Source: Tubulanus polymorphus
Taxonomy: Eukaryota; Animalia; Nemertea
NCBI RefSeq assembly: GCF_964204645.1
Contig: NC_134031.1
Coordinates: 9,176,001-9,240,000 of the forward strand
Length of the DNA stretch: 64,000 nt
Direction of reading: 5' to 3'
Part shown: piece by piece, positions 1-13,788 of the stretch
Position numbering within the stretch: position 1 is the first letter of the stretch
How the letters are laid out: each line of letters begins with the position of its first letter
Translations under genes and position numbers: made by a program
The notes under the pieces: model-generated
Database searches by the model: none
What the model was told of the DNA's origin: nothing
The model's input: only the letters and a program-made list of their open reading frames with translations

Positions 1-220
1 TGTCTCTTTCACTTATTGCTTTTTGACTTAATGTTTTTGTCTAATACTCCATATAACATGTATATTTTTGATAAAGGTTATTGGGATCATTACACAGCAC
101 AAATGTGGTGTCGATTAGTTCACATAAAAAATATGCTAATTATTTGAATATAGGAACATTTAAAGTTGTGGAAAATTTTTGTCCATTGTAAATGTGTGGA
201 CTCATTGGCATATATATACC

Positions 221-328
<108 letters not shown>

Positions 329-1214
329 TATATAATAATTGGAGGTAGGTAATTTGATAACATCTATTTTCTGCACACTTCGGCAACAGGTGAGCTAATT
401 TGGCCATTTTGGTTTGCTTTTTAACTTTTTACACATAATAATTTCTTATATCTTAGTAACCCGATCGTTGTAGAGAAATGTTTGACAATCACCATATTTG
501 TATATCAATGACTTGTAATATTTACCATATTGTACTCATTGTCACCTAACATCATCTGCACCGTATGCACTATTAAAATGCTGTAAGGCCGTGTTGTAAT
601 CCAATTTTTTTAAGTCAATCAGAACTATGTACATGTATATTCACATTTCAAAATTGTGTAAGTTGATTTATATCAGAACAATGTTTATTCAAATTTAAAG
701 ATTTGTGAAATAAAAAAGTTTGTATGGTACATATATGTTTATGGTTTTAGTTTGTATTTTTCTTCACGTTGAATGTAATTTGGGAGGACTTTTTAAGGAA
801 TTTCCTTTTGGATAGCCGATCTCCTGATTGGAAATAAGTTTCTATTGGTCATTAATTTGAATTTCATTCAGACAAAAAATGGGAATTTTGTTTGAACGAA
901 TTGCGCTGAAGGACCGAGTTCGTGGAACGATTTACTGGATTCAAACCCAGTGTATTGGGCTACGTTACATCGTAGGTGAAGTCTAAATGTATAATTCGTT
1001 GACCGAAATGAAGGTGACTCCCAGCCATCTGAAATAGTCAGACCCGAAAAATTCGGAATGACAAAAACTTCCGCATTGAGAGCGCCACCGGCACCGCACC
1101 AATTTAAATTCAATTATATGGATCGGAAACCCTCATGCGATGCACTCTATGATCTTTAGAACCTGTCTCTGGAGACTGGGAATAAGACATTTCTCTAAGG
1201 TCTGAGAATAATCG

Positions 1215-2926
1215 GGTAAGCGATTTTTTCTACCGGCCACAGTTAGGTTTCGCACTGCGCATGTTCTGAATATACCGGAAGTAAACAAACCGTGACGTAC
1301 GCGGAAGGAAAGCACATGGCTAGTCAAAAGTCAATTACATTGTCAATAGGCATACGTTATTCTGCGATGATAAAATCGAAATTTTAAGGTTAAAATCTGA
1401 AAAGATTTCCGATCCGTTTCCTTCTATGACAGGTTGTAAATATTGAGACAAAAAATAAAATGAAATTCAGCATATAGAATGAATTTAATGTGTTTATTTC
1501 TTATCATGAATTTAAGTGTTTATTTCTTTACTTAGTACAGTACTGCTTGCAGAAAATACATTTCAAATCAAAATTTAGAATTATCTTTCGGTTTAAAGTA
1601 TGAGGTAGACACACCACATGGTACCATCGATAGCAATAGTTGCATTCCTCCTAGAAAAGAAATAACAGAACTGTATATTGATATTGATTAATGTTCATTT
1701 ATACTGGCACTAAAATTAAAAAGGATTGCATTATAATGAACTTTGAATTTAATAACTATAAGGTCGAGGGCCTACCTGATTCATTAACTAGTGCAGCGGC
1801 TGATGTCCAACGATGTGAATTTGCATTTACTGTTGAAATATGGGTCGTGTCAGTACCTTGAAGAACACTGCCAGCATACTGTTGAATACACATATGTAAT
1901 TGAATGAGATTTGTTAAACAATAATCAATAATATTGAAATTAAACAAATCAATCCTACCAAAATAGTCAACAAGCCACAACTATGCCCATCAAGTTGTTT
2001 CTGGTGAGGCGGTTCGATTATGGACCATTCAATATCATCAATGTCATGTCTACCAAGGGCTGTGGCTCAGTAAGTCAAGTAAGACCTTACATTGAGATGA
2101 GAAATAGTTTGGAAATTATACATAATACATTGACATCGATAGAGAATAACGCAGTTTTCATAATAATTTCTTACTTAATATTCTTCAGTGCTTGAGCTTT
2201 TTTAAAATCAGATGCTCCAAACGGATCAAGGTAGACGATTTCATAGTTTTTGGGCTTGATCATCTAATATGAATAAAAAAATGCATTATTTCTAAATACT
2301 TAATATTTGACAAATAAATACCGAAATTATCAAATAATTATAATTGTACTTACAACCAGAACCCAATGATCACTATCCTTGTTGTAGCCGCCAATGATCA
2401 TATATTTGTTTTCAAAATTTATCTAGTAATCAAATAGATTTTATGAGGAGTCTCAAGAGTAAATGAAAAACGAGAAAAGTTATCAAAGTACTACATACTT
2501 TCTTGAATAGACTATATTTGTATCGTGATTTGTTTCCTGCGACAATCGGGGTTATTATATAAGAATCAATAACCGTACAGTCATACATACTTTTTTCAGC
2601 TTCAAGGGCTAGGGCCATGTTTAGGAATTTAATTTCAAGGACCGCAATCCCTCATCGGTCAAGAGATGACTACCAGATTTGGCAACTACTGTTCTGAGTA
2701 TTGGATCTTCCTGTTTGTCCAAAATACATCTGACATGAAAAAACATCATTTGTGGCACACGTATTTCATGTAGAAGAAAGAGAGAAAAAGAATTAATTTC
2801 AATTGTGACTTACATGTGCTGAACTTTACTTCCGCGTACGTCACGGTTTGTTTACTTCCGGTATATTCAGAACATGCGCAGTGCGAAACCTAACTGTGGG
2901 CGGTAGAAAAAATCGCTTAGCCTACC
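1215..2926 (-). mobile_element. Non-autonomous Mutator-like (MULE) DNA transposon
   Basis: ~110-bp TIRs (GGTAAGCGATTTTTTCTACC.. at 1215; ..GGTAGAAAAATCGCTTAGCCTACC ending 2926) and an exact 9-bp TSD GAATAATCG (1206-1214, 2927-2935). A 9-bp TSD with G-starting long TIRs fits MULE. Confidence 0.8.
1958..2618 (-). pseudogene. Spliced Ulp1/C48 SUMO-protease remnant carried by the MULE
   Basis: Manual minus-strand translation across GT..AG introns gives ..VIDSYI..SLFKK / INFENKYMIIGGYNKDSDHWVLV / MIKPKNYEIVYLDPFG.. / ..PPHQKQLDGHSCGLL, i.e. the HW, D and QxDxxxCG triad. One in-frame TGA. Confidence 0.75.
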
Positions 2927-3159
2927 GAATAATCGACCCTCAATGCTAGTCTGAATACCAGTCGTTGTTAGGTTCCCTACAACGTCTGACGCTAAAGTAT
3001 CATATAGACGTTAACTCCTGTTAATTGCAATGCAACAACTAATTTTAGTGTCAAATCAAACCTTTGTACTAAAATAAATTAATTTGTTACCTTGTTGACT
3101 TTGAAAACGTGTTTTATAACAAAATTGTTTGGCTCGATGGGGTTTCAAGTGGTGGCTTT

Positions 3160-3618
3160 TGTCAGTTGAATACGTCCGACAAATAACAAACTACCGGATA
3201 TCAAATTGATGTTTCTTTATTCAACGGATTTAGGACGATTCAAATCTGTAAACAGATAATACATACTTATAATATCTGAGCTATTGCTAGATTGCGCAAT
3301 ACAAAATAAACCTTTATCTTGAATCATAATATTTCGCCTTAATTTCTTGGAATTACTTATCTATAACACTGATTTATGTTATACTCTTATACTACGGAAT
3401 ATTCTCTTATGTTATTACACCATAATCTACTAAATTAACACTGCACATAGTATAAAATACTCACTGAGTATGCCAGTGATTTACTATTTCTCTTTATCAT
3501 GTTGCAATATCTTCACGTGATTTCAGAATTATAAAACTAGTACATGAAACGCTGATAGCTTTCTCAACCTTCTGAGAACACAAAATGAAAACTCAAAACC
3601 CGAAAAGTTACCGATTCA
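3160..3618 (-). repeat. Putative 3' LTR of the BEL/Pao element
   Basis: On the minus strand a purine tract (GGCCGGGAGAG) is followed directly by TG at 3618, with AATAAA near 3216 and a possible CA end near 3160. No second LTR is present to confirm. Confidence 0.4.
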
Positions 3619-4508
3619 CTCTCCCGGCCGCGAGACGCGGAACATTATTCTACAAAATTACCAAATACATACATAAATTCTGATTCAATGAATCTTAAGC
3701 CTTTATAGTAATCAATCTTAATTTTAGTTAATATCCAGGAAGAAAGACACTCTAAATATTTGGATGGATATATGAAAGCTGTGGGTACTGGAGTGTGTAA
3801 TGGGTAGTGTAGTGTGATCTGTGTGCATTTGTGGCCAGCACACAGATCACATTGTTCAATGGGGTTTGGTCCAGGACTCGTGAGATTTTCAACAACACGG
3901 AAGTAACGTGTAATAAATGATGACTTGAATTGCATGACTACCTACCACCCCTCATTATTGTTGGAAAACTAAACGTTCGGCACTGACTAAAAATTAGTAG
4001 TATCATTTAAGAAATGGCCAGAATTTTAACTTAGATTCTATCTCATTTTTATTTTTACAATTGCGATTGGTATAATTCTTTTTAAGCGGCGGTTTAGGCT
4101 TCATGTTTCCTCTGGAATTCACTGCAAATAGTTATGGAACTACGCACATTTCAGTGTTTTTGGCAGCTGTACACTCAATCGGCACCGTTCGTGACTAGCT
4201 TCACTGCGGAATTATCATTAATTAACATCGCCATCTCACATCATCAACTTATATTGTGCCTTATAACCCTAACAGCCGAAATAATTGAAATGCACACATG
4301 ATTTCTATCATTGAAAATTGAGAGAGTGGCCATGTTTGTGTTTGCTGCTTCGCGTAAATCCCGCGCGGTGGCGGGGAGTGGGGCCGATACGTCTAGTACA
4401 GAATATTTCAGATTTACAATAACAATATAGGTATTTCAATCTCATGTTCAATTAAATGCACATTTAAATCTCATGTATACACATCTTGATACGACATTTC
4501 ACTACTAA

Positions 4509-7500
4509 TTATTGTTCCTCCACGGGAAGTAATACAGCTATTCTAGTGATTGCACGCTGATACGATCCGGTCGCTGTTTTTACTTCTACATTTCGAATAA
4601 GTCCATCATCGCTCGGAAATACATGTGATATTCGACCCTTACACCATTTACTACGGATCGGATTCGGTTCATGGAGTAACACGATATCCCCCACTTTCAC
4701 ATCACGTTTCGCGGTATAATCCATTTCCTCCGTGGAGCAAGATGAGGAAACACGTCTCGATACCATTTTTTCCACAACGCATCAACGATTTTTTGACAAT
4801 ATTCTACGCGATGTCTCGGATTTCGCGTCTCGGCAAATGGACCATGCGGTACGTCATCGGATGCTCTGCCCAACAAAATTCCGTTCGGACAAATGTAACT
4901 GCCATCATTTGGATCACTGGACTTCACTCCAATCGGCCGTTCGTTAACGAGATTTGCTACTTCAAATATAATAGTTTGAAGTTCAAACGGCGCATGTACT
5001 TGTTCTCCAATCACAATTTTCAAATTCCTTTTAACGGATTTCACCAACGCTTCAGCGCAACCGTTCTGATGCGGCCCTAACGGTGTAATGAACTGCCACG
5101 AGATTTCGCGATTTGCGCACCAGACCCGAATTTCCTTCTGTGCAGCTACTAGTTGAGACCCATTGTGACTCAACATCGATTCCGGTTTTCCTCTTACAGA
5201 TAGAAAACGTCGAAAGGTTTGAATAAATTCCTGTGCTGAGTATCAAGCGCGATATCGCAATACACTGCACGAGTCGCGAGACAGGTGAAAATAACACCCC
5301 AAACTTTCATTGTTGTCATTCGCTTGATTCGGACGTTAAACGGTCCAAAAAGATCGCATGCGGTGTGTTGAAACGGAGGGCTCGGATTCAGACGAATACT
5401 CGGAAGGTCAGCCATGTGCTGATCCTCCACTTTTGCACACATTTCACGACAAAATAAACAACTGCGCACTACCGATTTAGCTAACCGATTCAATCCGATT
5501 ATCCAGAATCCTCGTCGCACCTTCGCGGTAGTCGCTGCAACTCCAGGATGACCACATCGATGCTGATGTTCCACGATAAGTTTCGATATGAAATGATCCT
5601 TTGGTAATAGAACGCGATGTTTCTGATCATAAGCTACATCAGCGTTTCCAAGTCGACCTCCCACTCGGATAATCCCTGCAGAATCTACAAACGGCGATAA
5701 TTTCCGAAATTCCACTTCATATTTCCGATTTCTAACTTCGGTTTGTGACAATTTCACGATTGTGCTTTTCGCGCACTTTAATTCGGCTGCAGTAACTTCT
5801 CCCGTTTGAATTTGTTCTTTCTTATTCCGAACTCTCGCCTGCGAATTTTTCACAAATCGAAGAACCATTGCAGCGAGGCGTATCAGACGATTCAACGTGC
5901 TAACTTTCTGCAACGCACTTATCTCGAATCTTGGTTTTGTGACCATAACGCACCCTAGTTTTTGTTCGGAATCATTTATCTCGGTTGTTTCGGTAGGATA
6001 CGACACTGGCCATACATCTTTCGGTTGACGCATAAATTCTGGCCCACAAACCCAGCGAACATCTTAACCGGATTCATTGATTCCACGGCTAATATCATCG
6101 GCCACATTCTCAGTCGACGGACAATGGCCGTAATAACTACGCTCAGTTTTAGACAGAATTTCTCCGACCCTATTCGCAACAAATGTTTTATACACCCGCG
6201 AGTCATTCTGAATCCACGAGTAAGCAATCATCGAATCAGTGAAAATGTGAACATTCTTGATCTCAAGTCTCGATTCAACCTTGATAGTCTCATTAATTCT
6301 ACAGCCCAATACCAATGATTGTAGTTCTTTTCGTGGATGACTTATCGTATCGACTTTACCAACGCAAACTTTATCCCCACCTTTCCATCTCCACATATCC
6401 AACGTTAATATGCAACACTCCCGAAAGCGACATTTGATGCATCACAGACAATGACAAGGTATGAATCTGACGCATTTGCCGGAGTTAGACATCGATCAAA
6501 CTTCCGTGTTCCCAGCTTACGAATTTCCTCGATCCATCTTAACCATTTGTCTTGCATCTTCTCTGGTATCGGTTGATCCCAATCAAGATTTTCTCGCCAT
6601 AATTCCTGCAATCCGATTTTCCGTTTAACAATGGCAGGCGCACCAAATCCGAATACATCATAAATTCCTGATATAATCGCTGTTATACATCGTTTTGTGA
6701 GAGGTAGAGTGACACTGGATGGTATGGACATATGAATTGAGATCTTATCCTCGTCTCGATACCAAATGACTCCGAGCACTTTCTCAACGTTGTCTTCATT
6801 GTTGTCTTCATCCTCCCCGGCCCGATAATTGTGCATTCGAGTACCAATGCTTGATCTGGAAATGTCCCGATTCCAAAATTTGATCGATCTCACATCTTCG
6901 TTTTTCTAAATCGAAAACGGTATTCACACTATCTGCGATGTCATCCGTATATCGACATTGCTTAATCGTTGCGACGGCATCTGGATACTGTGTTTTATAT
7001 TGATCCGCAGTCATATCCATTGCAATATTTGTGAGAGCTGGTGACGATACATCTCCAAATGTTAAGACCATTTTGACGTAAATATCTGGATCACGATTCG
7101 ACTCATAATTTCGCCATAAGAATCGATGCGTTTGAGTATCGATACCTGGGCTAACGAGAACTTGATGGTACATCTTTTTGACATCTCCGACCAATACATA
7201 CTCTCTTTCACGCCAGCGAATTAACACTCCGCGTAAATTGTTGAGATGATCACCGCATTTACTCAAATAATCATTGATCACATGACCTTTATAGTTCTCA
7301 GCTTGATTGAAAACCATACGACACGGATGAGTTGGTTTATCTGGTCGCACTACTGCATGGTGACTCATATAATGAACAGGCCCACGATAATTTTCGATTT
7401 CTTCTGCCGTGATTTTCTTTGCCGAACCCGAATTCACTAATTGCTCAACTTGCTCATTATAAATCTCAGCCAATTTCGGGGATTTCTGCAATCGTTGTTC

Positions 7501-7745
7501 CGCGCAATTTCGCAAACGCTTGATAATAATTATCTGGTAGCTGATTTGGATCCTTTTTCCACGGTAACGGAATTTGCCACCGATTTCCGATTCGAATAGC
7601 GGACGAACGAATCTCTAATTCTTCTTTCCCTTCGATCGCAGTTTTGATTTTTTCGCCCAGTTGTCTTTCTTGACAGCACCAGTTCAAACAAACGCCCATT
7701 TCTTCGGTTTCCCAGAATCTCGACATATCTGTAGGGTCGTGTCAT
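4509..7745 (-). pseudogene. pol: BEL/Pao LTR-retrotransposon pol (RT, RNase H/A17, integrase, C-terminal DUF5641-like), frameshifted and 5'-truncated
   Basis: Collinear ORF fragments with FWETE, LPWK, DVKKMYHQV, LTFGDVSSP, YTDD, CDASNVAFG, FTDS..W, H-H-C-C zinc finger, DLFGP, NGCAEALVKSVK, W..GRI..V.P..DG.IR. Confidence 0.93.
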
Positions 7746-8232
7746 TTAGTCAAAATTACTTTTCCCGGACTACAACGTTTATCTTCTTTATCAGAACGAC
7801 CGAGCGAAAAATAAAAAATGAAAAATAATTCTCGCACACTCGAATTTTTTTTCATTTTTTATGAGTTTCATTCCTAATTCAAATAGAAATTATTATTATT
7901 TTCATATTTTTCATTTTTTACTCACTAGCCCTTTCAACCTTTGATATGAAAGCCTATTACCCCTATTACTCTTAAAATATTCATTTACATGGATAAAATA
8001 TAAATGAATCACATATATAAGTAATTAGAAAAGTAGGCTTTCAAGCCAGAGTACGAGAGTACGAGCTCTTATAGAATAGATATATAGATATATTTTAAAC
8101 ATATTTCAATATTTATATTTGTATGAGTTAGATTTTTAAACATTAAAAGTGTTAGTAAAGTGTGGTTGAAATAATTCATATTTAAATCATTGAACTTCTA
8201 AAATCAATTTTTAAAAAAAATTTAGTATTAAA

Positions 8233-11200
8233 ATGGAAGCAAATAAGTACTACTGTTCAACATGTAAAATCAACATAGATAAATCTCTAACAGCAAGACA
8301 CAATAAAACTAAAACACATTTAGAGAATAAATTGAAATTAGAATATGAAGATGATATATTAGAAACTAAATTAGATAAATTAAAGAATGAAAAAGAAACA
8401 TACAAAAGTGGTACATGTAATCAATCATTCAGTGATAAAAGATATTATAATGAACATTTAAAATCTAAAAGTCATATTAGAAATATGAATAATGATATTT
8501 TAGGTGAAGATTATTTTGATCATGATAAGAAACATAAGACAATTAAAAGAATAAGAAATAAATTAAACAATAAAAGACCATACATGGAAGATGTAAGAAA
8601 TTATATTAATTCATTAGATAATAAAAAAGATATAGAAATAACTGAAGCATTTAAAAGTGATATTGGTCCAGCAGCTATTGAGTTTAAATTTCATAAAGGA
8701 AAAACATTAGAAGAAAATAAAAAACATTTAGAAAATATGAAAGATATAATAAAAATAATTACAGATGTTGAATACCCTAAAATTAGTATATCTTCTAAAT
8801 TAAAGTTTATAAAATCTGAAGATAAACCAATATATAATATAAATTCTCATTCACAACATATTATATCTAAACAACATATAGATGATAAATTAGATAAATG
8901 TTATAATGAAGTAAAAACTAAAATGGAAGAGAAATATTTTGAAGGATCAGGTTTAATATTTGATGAAATAATATTTATGACTTTACATGTTTATAACACA
9001 GAATATAATAAGTTAACTATATCAAAACCAATTGATGAAATAATGTATCATATTATAAAGAACCAGATATTGAAGCATCGAGTTATATTAAACTTCCATT
9101 TAAAACTAATGCTGTAATAAATGTACAAAATTTTGATGATTAATGTTTTCTATGGACAATTATAAGTTGCTTACATCCAACAGAAGATATTACACATAGT
9201 TTTAGATTAACACATTATAAACCATTTGAAAATAATTATAAGATATATAATTATCCTGTTAGAATTAAAAATATCCCAAAAATAGAAAGAGATAATAATT
9301 TAAGAATAAATGTATTTGATTTAATCAAATTACCAAATACAAAAGGTAACAATATAAAACATTATACATTAGAATCTTTGTATTTATCAAACGATTATGA
9401 TTCAAATGGTGTTATAGATATATTATATAATGAGAATCATTATATGTGGATTAAACAAATAGATTCATTCTTTAGAACAGAAAGTGATCACCATAATAAA
9501 ATATATCTATGTAGAAAATGTTTACATAAATTCAGTAATGAAAGTACATTATTAAATCATAAACAATTATGTGAAAATCATGATTATTGTAAATTAGTTT
9601 TACAAAATGAAAAAGATAAAATATTAGAATTCAAAAAATATGATTACAAAAATAAAGTACCATTTGTAATATATGGAGATTTGAATCATTAAATAAAGAA
9701 CTAACTGATCAAGATAGAAAAGAAATACATTATAAAAGAGAGAAATTAAATTCTAATGAAAATGATTTTTCAGATGAACCACCAAAAACAAATACTATTA
9801 AAAAGATTCATCAATCAGCTGCAGCTTTCGGATTATATATATAATCTGATTATCCAGAACTAATTGAAAGTGAATATTATCATTACAGAAATGAAAATGT
9901 TATCAATCATTTTTGTGACTTATTAATTGAATATGAAATAAGATTTAGTAAATTATTGAATACAAATAAAGAAAGTATAATGACAGAAGAAGATAAAGAA
10001 GCATTTGAGTTTGCAGATAAATGTTATTATTGTGAAAAGATATTTAATTATAAAGATAAAAAAGTAAGAGACCATGATCATTTGAACGGAAAGTTTAGAG
10101 GCGCTGCGCATGAGAATTGTAATTTGCAAGCAAAGAAAATTAATTTTGTACCAGTTATATTTCATAATCTATCAGGATATGATGCACATTTATTCATCAA
10201 ACAGTTATGCCATAAAATAGAAGAAATCAATAATGAAATAGAAAGATTAAATTCAAATAGATCAAAAGATAAAATACCAACTTATAAATTTAAAATGTTA
10301 GCTAGAACATCTGAGAATTATATATCATTCCAATTTGGGTGTTTAAGATTTATAGATTCATATAGATTTTTAAATAGTCCATTAGATAACTTATCAAAAT
10401 CATTAGTTGATGATGAATTAAAAATATTAAAGCAACACTATCCAAATAATGATGATTTCCAATTAATGAGATATAAAGGAGCAATTCCATATTCTTTCTA
10501 TAAAAATCATAATGATCTTAACATAACTGAATTATTAAAAGAACAATTCTATGATGAATTAAAAAATGAATATGTTAAAGATGAAGTATATAATAGAACA
10601 TTGAATATTTGGAATCATTTTGGAATGAAAAATCATGGACAATTAGTAGATTTATATTTAAAATCAGATGTATTATTATTATCGGATATATTCGAAAGGT
10701 TTAGAGATGTAAACTTAAAATATTTTTTAACATTGATCCTTGTCATTGTTATTCATCACCAGGTTTAACATGGGATTGTGGTTTAAAATTTACAGATATA
10801 AAAATGGATTTGTTAACAAATATATATCAATTATTATTATTTGAAAAATCTATAAGAGGAGGAGTTTCAGGTGTATTAGGCGATAGATATTTCAATGTAA
10901 ATGATAATCCTGGATATAAGTTATTATATATAGATGCAAATAATTTGTATGGTTGGGCAATGATGGAACCACAACCTTATGGAGTATTTGAAATAAGTGA
11001 AGTTTTACAACATGAAAATAATGACAAATTTGATTGGAAGAAAAGGATTCTAGATATTGCAGATGATTCAGATACTGGTTACTTTTTTGTTGTAGATTTA
11101 GAATATCCTGAACATATTAAATTTAAATCTAGAAATCTAGCATACTGTCCCGAACACAAAACTGTAACGCATGAAGAATTATCAAATTATCAAAAAAGAA

Positions 11201-12266
11201 TTAAACCCGAAAATCATATTCATACAGAAAAGTTAATGGTAACTCAGGAAGATAAATATAATTATGTAGTACATTATAGAATGTTAAAGTTTTATCTAAA
11301 ACAAGGAATGATCCTAAAAAAGTACATAGATATATTTCATTCAGTCAATCTAAATGGTTAGAAAAATATATATATTTTAACACCAAACAGAGAACTAAAG
11401 CTAATACTGATTTCGAGAAAGATTTCTTCAAGTTAATGAATAATGCATTCTATGGTAAGACTTGTGAAAATATTAGAAATAGAAATGATATTGAGTTAGT
11501 TAGTAATGGCAAAAGGATAAGGCATTCACAAACATACCCTAAATTTATAGGTAACAGAATATTTGATGAAAATTTAGCCGCAGTTAAAATGAGAAGAACA
11601 TCTATGAAATTTAATAAACCAATTCATGTTGGAGCATCAGTTTTAGAAATATCAGAATTATTAATGTATGAATTCTATAAAAATGTGTTACAACCTCATT
11701 TTGGAGAAAAACATATAGAAATCTTATATTTTGATACTGACAGTTACATATTAAAGATAAAAACTAATAACATAACAGATGATTTAAAAACATTAAAACA
11801 TCATTTTGATTTCAGTAATTATCCTAAAGATCATGAATTGTTTAGCAATGATAATAAAAAAGTTCCTGGTAAATTCAAAGATGAATTAGGTGGTGAAGAA
11901 ATGATAGAGTTCATAGGAATTAGATCTAAAATGTATAGTTATAAAACCAAAACTCATGAATCAAAGAAATTGAAAGGAATAACCAAAAGTGTGGTAGAAA
12001 AGAATATTCATTTCAAAGATTACATCAATTGTATATTCAATGAAGAAGTTAGAAAACATAAGATGAAATGTTTAAGATCAGAAGATCACGAGATGTTTAT
12101 TGAAGAAATTGAAAAGGTTAGTTTGAATCCATTTGATGATAAAAGATATATTTTAGATGATGGAATTCATACAGTTGCATATGGTTGCAATTTAGATGAA
12201 TACTTAGAATTTAAAAGAGAAGAAACAAAAGAGAACGAGATAATGAAAAGAATTCTAACGTGTTAA
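8233..12266 (+). pseudogene. polB: Protein-primed family B DNA polymerase (zinc fingers, terminal-protein region, vOTU-like, exonuclease with EndoVII insert, polymerase), frameshifted
   Basis: VIYGD (ExoI), CYYC..VRDHDHLNGKFRGAAHENCN, FHNLSGYD (ExoII), YLKSDV (ExoIII), SIRGG, YIDANNLYG (A), MNNAFYGKT (B), YFDTDS (C), spread over ORFs 8233, 9378, 9956, 10804 and 11436. Confidence 0.95.
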
Positions 12267-12295
12267 TCAAATTTTAATAAAAATATGTATTATAA

Positions 12296-12649
12296 ATGGA
12301 GAGTAAACAAGCAAACAGTGAGAACAACAAATTATTTCTAGATAGAATAAAAGATACTTCAAATGTCAAATCAGTAGATTATAAATTTAAGAAGTTAAAA
12401 GAATTAATAATCCATAAGAAATATCTAATTACAAATATTGATACAGTTACTAACAAATATGGAGATAAATTAGTTATACACTTAGAATATGAAGGATTAA
12501 AAGGAAATACATATAAATTCAGAACATATTTACCAGATAGATTTCATAGATTATCAAGTGAAGATCTAGAAGAATTATGTTCTGGAGATTTCTATTTCGT
12601 ATACAAAGGTAAGAATGAAAAGGGGCACCATGAAATAAATTTCGAATAA
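12296..12649 (+). CDS. 117-aa conserved Polinton protein, possibly an OB-fold ssDNA-binding protein
   Basis: Intact in all four occurrences and always directly after pPolB. Beta-rich pattern FKKL.EL...KKY.IT....V...YG.K.V. The function is inferred. Confidence 0.65.
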   Translation: MESKQANSENNKLFLDRIKDTSNVKSVDYKFKKLKELIIHKKYLITNIDTVTNKYGDKLVIHLEYEGLKGNTYKFRTYLPDRFHRLSSEDLEELCSGDFYFVYKGKNEKGHHEINFE

Positions 12650-13225
12650 GAAAATATGTAAAGATATAGCTGCAAAGGAGCGATGTAAAGCCATTCAGAA
12701 TGATGGGAATTGTAGTAAATTGAAATATCGATACATAGAATAAAATGCATTGACAGATTCGAACCTAATATGCAACCACTGTGTAAACGTCAAATATGAT
12801 TCAGGACGTACAATCACAAATATTAATATATTTGACCAGGCATTTATTTTGGCATTCAAACATCATGATACTGTATTATCACCATCCTTAAAAATGGATC
12901 TGTCCTATTAAGAACTCATCTTAAGCACCTGCTGAGCCGATAGATTGAGTGAATTCACAGATAAGAACGTATCATGATTTAGAATAGATTTAATAAGTAA
13001 ATGTTTTTATTGAAATATTTGAATAAATACATATATTGTAGTGTAGATTCAATCAATAACTTATGAATTGATTTGGTCTGGGTTTCCGGCTGATGTTGAT
13101 TTTGGCTTTTATGGATTACAAATTCTATAGTGATAAACAATTGATACCTGCAACATGTGTGTAAATCAAACCTATTCCACAAGTTCTAATAAATGGGAGA
13201 GTCACTCTTGATCTGAGTTATTAGA

Positions 13226-13788
13226 ACTAGGGGTCCAAGACACCATGCCCACTTGGGAAGTGGTTCAAAATGCTCAACAATCTAACAATTCAGGTATCAA
13301 AGGTATAAAACATCCCTTTTCAAAGAATACCCATCACAAACTGCAATGAGAAATGGCAAACTCAGAATTCGGGCCAAAATTGACATTTTTGGACACTAAA
13401 AAAGGTCATAGGACGGCCATCTTGAGTCCGTATCCCAATTTTTGTTATGCTAATGGGCCCAGGGGACATTCACATATATCCGAAAGATCAAGGTAATTGA
13501 TCAAAGCATCTTCAAAATTTCCCTCAAAAAGTTCAAAAATGTGTAAAAAGTGTTGATTTTGGCGAATAACAATGGCTGCCAGTCGGCCATCTTGATTCTG
13601 ACAGGGCCAGTTTTTGGGCTGAAGATGTGTCTAGGGTAGATACATGTGTAACCCAAATATCAAGACATTACATTGAAGCGTCTTCAAAACTTCCTAAAAT
13701 AACTGATTTCCGTCTACGGACGGATGGACGACGGGCGAAAAGTGAACGCAATAGCCCGCTGGGACTAAAGTCCCAAGTGGGCTTAAAA
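13226..13788 (-). mobile_element. HINE/DINE-1-like non-autonomous Helentron
   Basis: Sub-terminal inverted repeat GCCCACTTGGGA/TCCCAAGTGGGC, a 5' hairpin, a GTCC-type microsatellite and a CTAGT end. Confidence 0.7.

Larger units (their letters stand above)
7800..12662 (+). mobile_element. Polinton/Maverick copy A (left part of element A/D; outer end of terminal hairpin lost)
   Basis: Inner hairpin arm ..GAAAGCCTATTACCCCTATTACT ends at 7970, followed by TIR interior, pPolB and the 117-aa gene, all homologous to copies B and C. Confidence 0.9.

Noticed and set aside
7808-7830. AAAAAATGAAAAATA resembling a poxvirus early promoter inside the terminal hairpin
   Set aside because: Too easily produced in A/T tracts, ~400 bp from the pPolB start, and not evident in copy C's hairpin.
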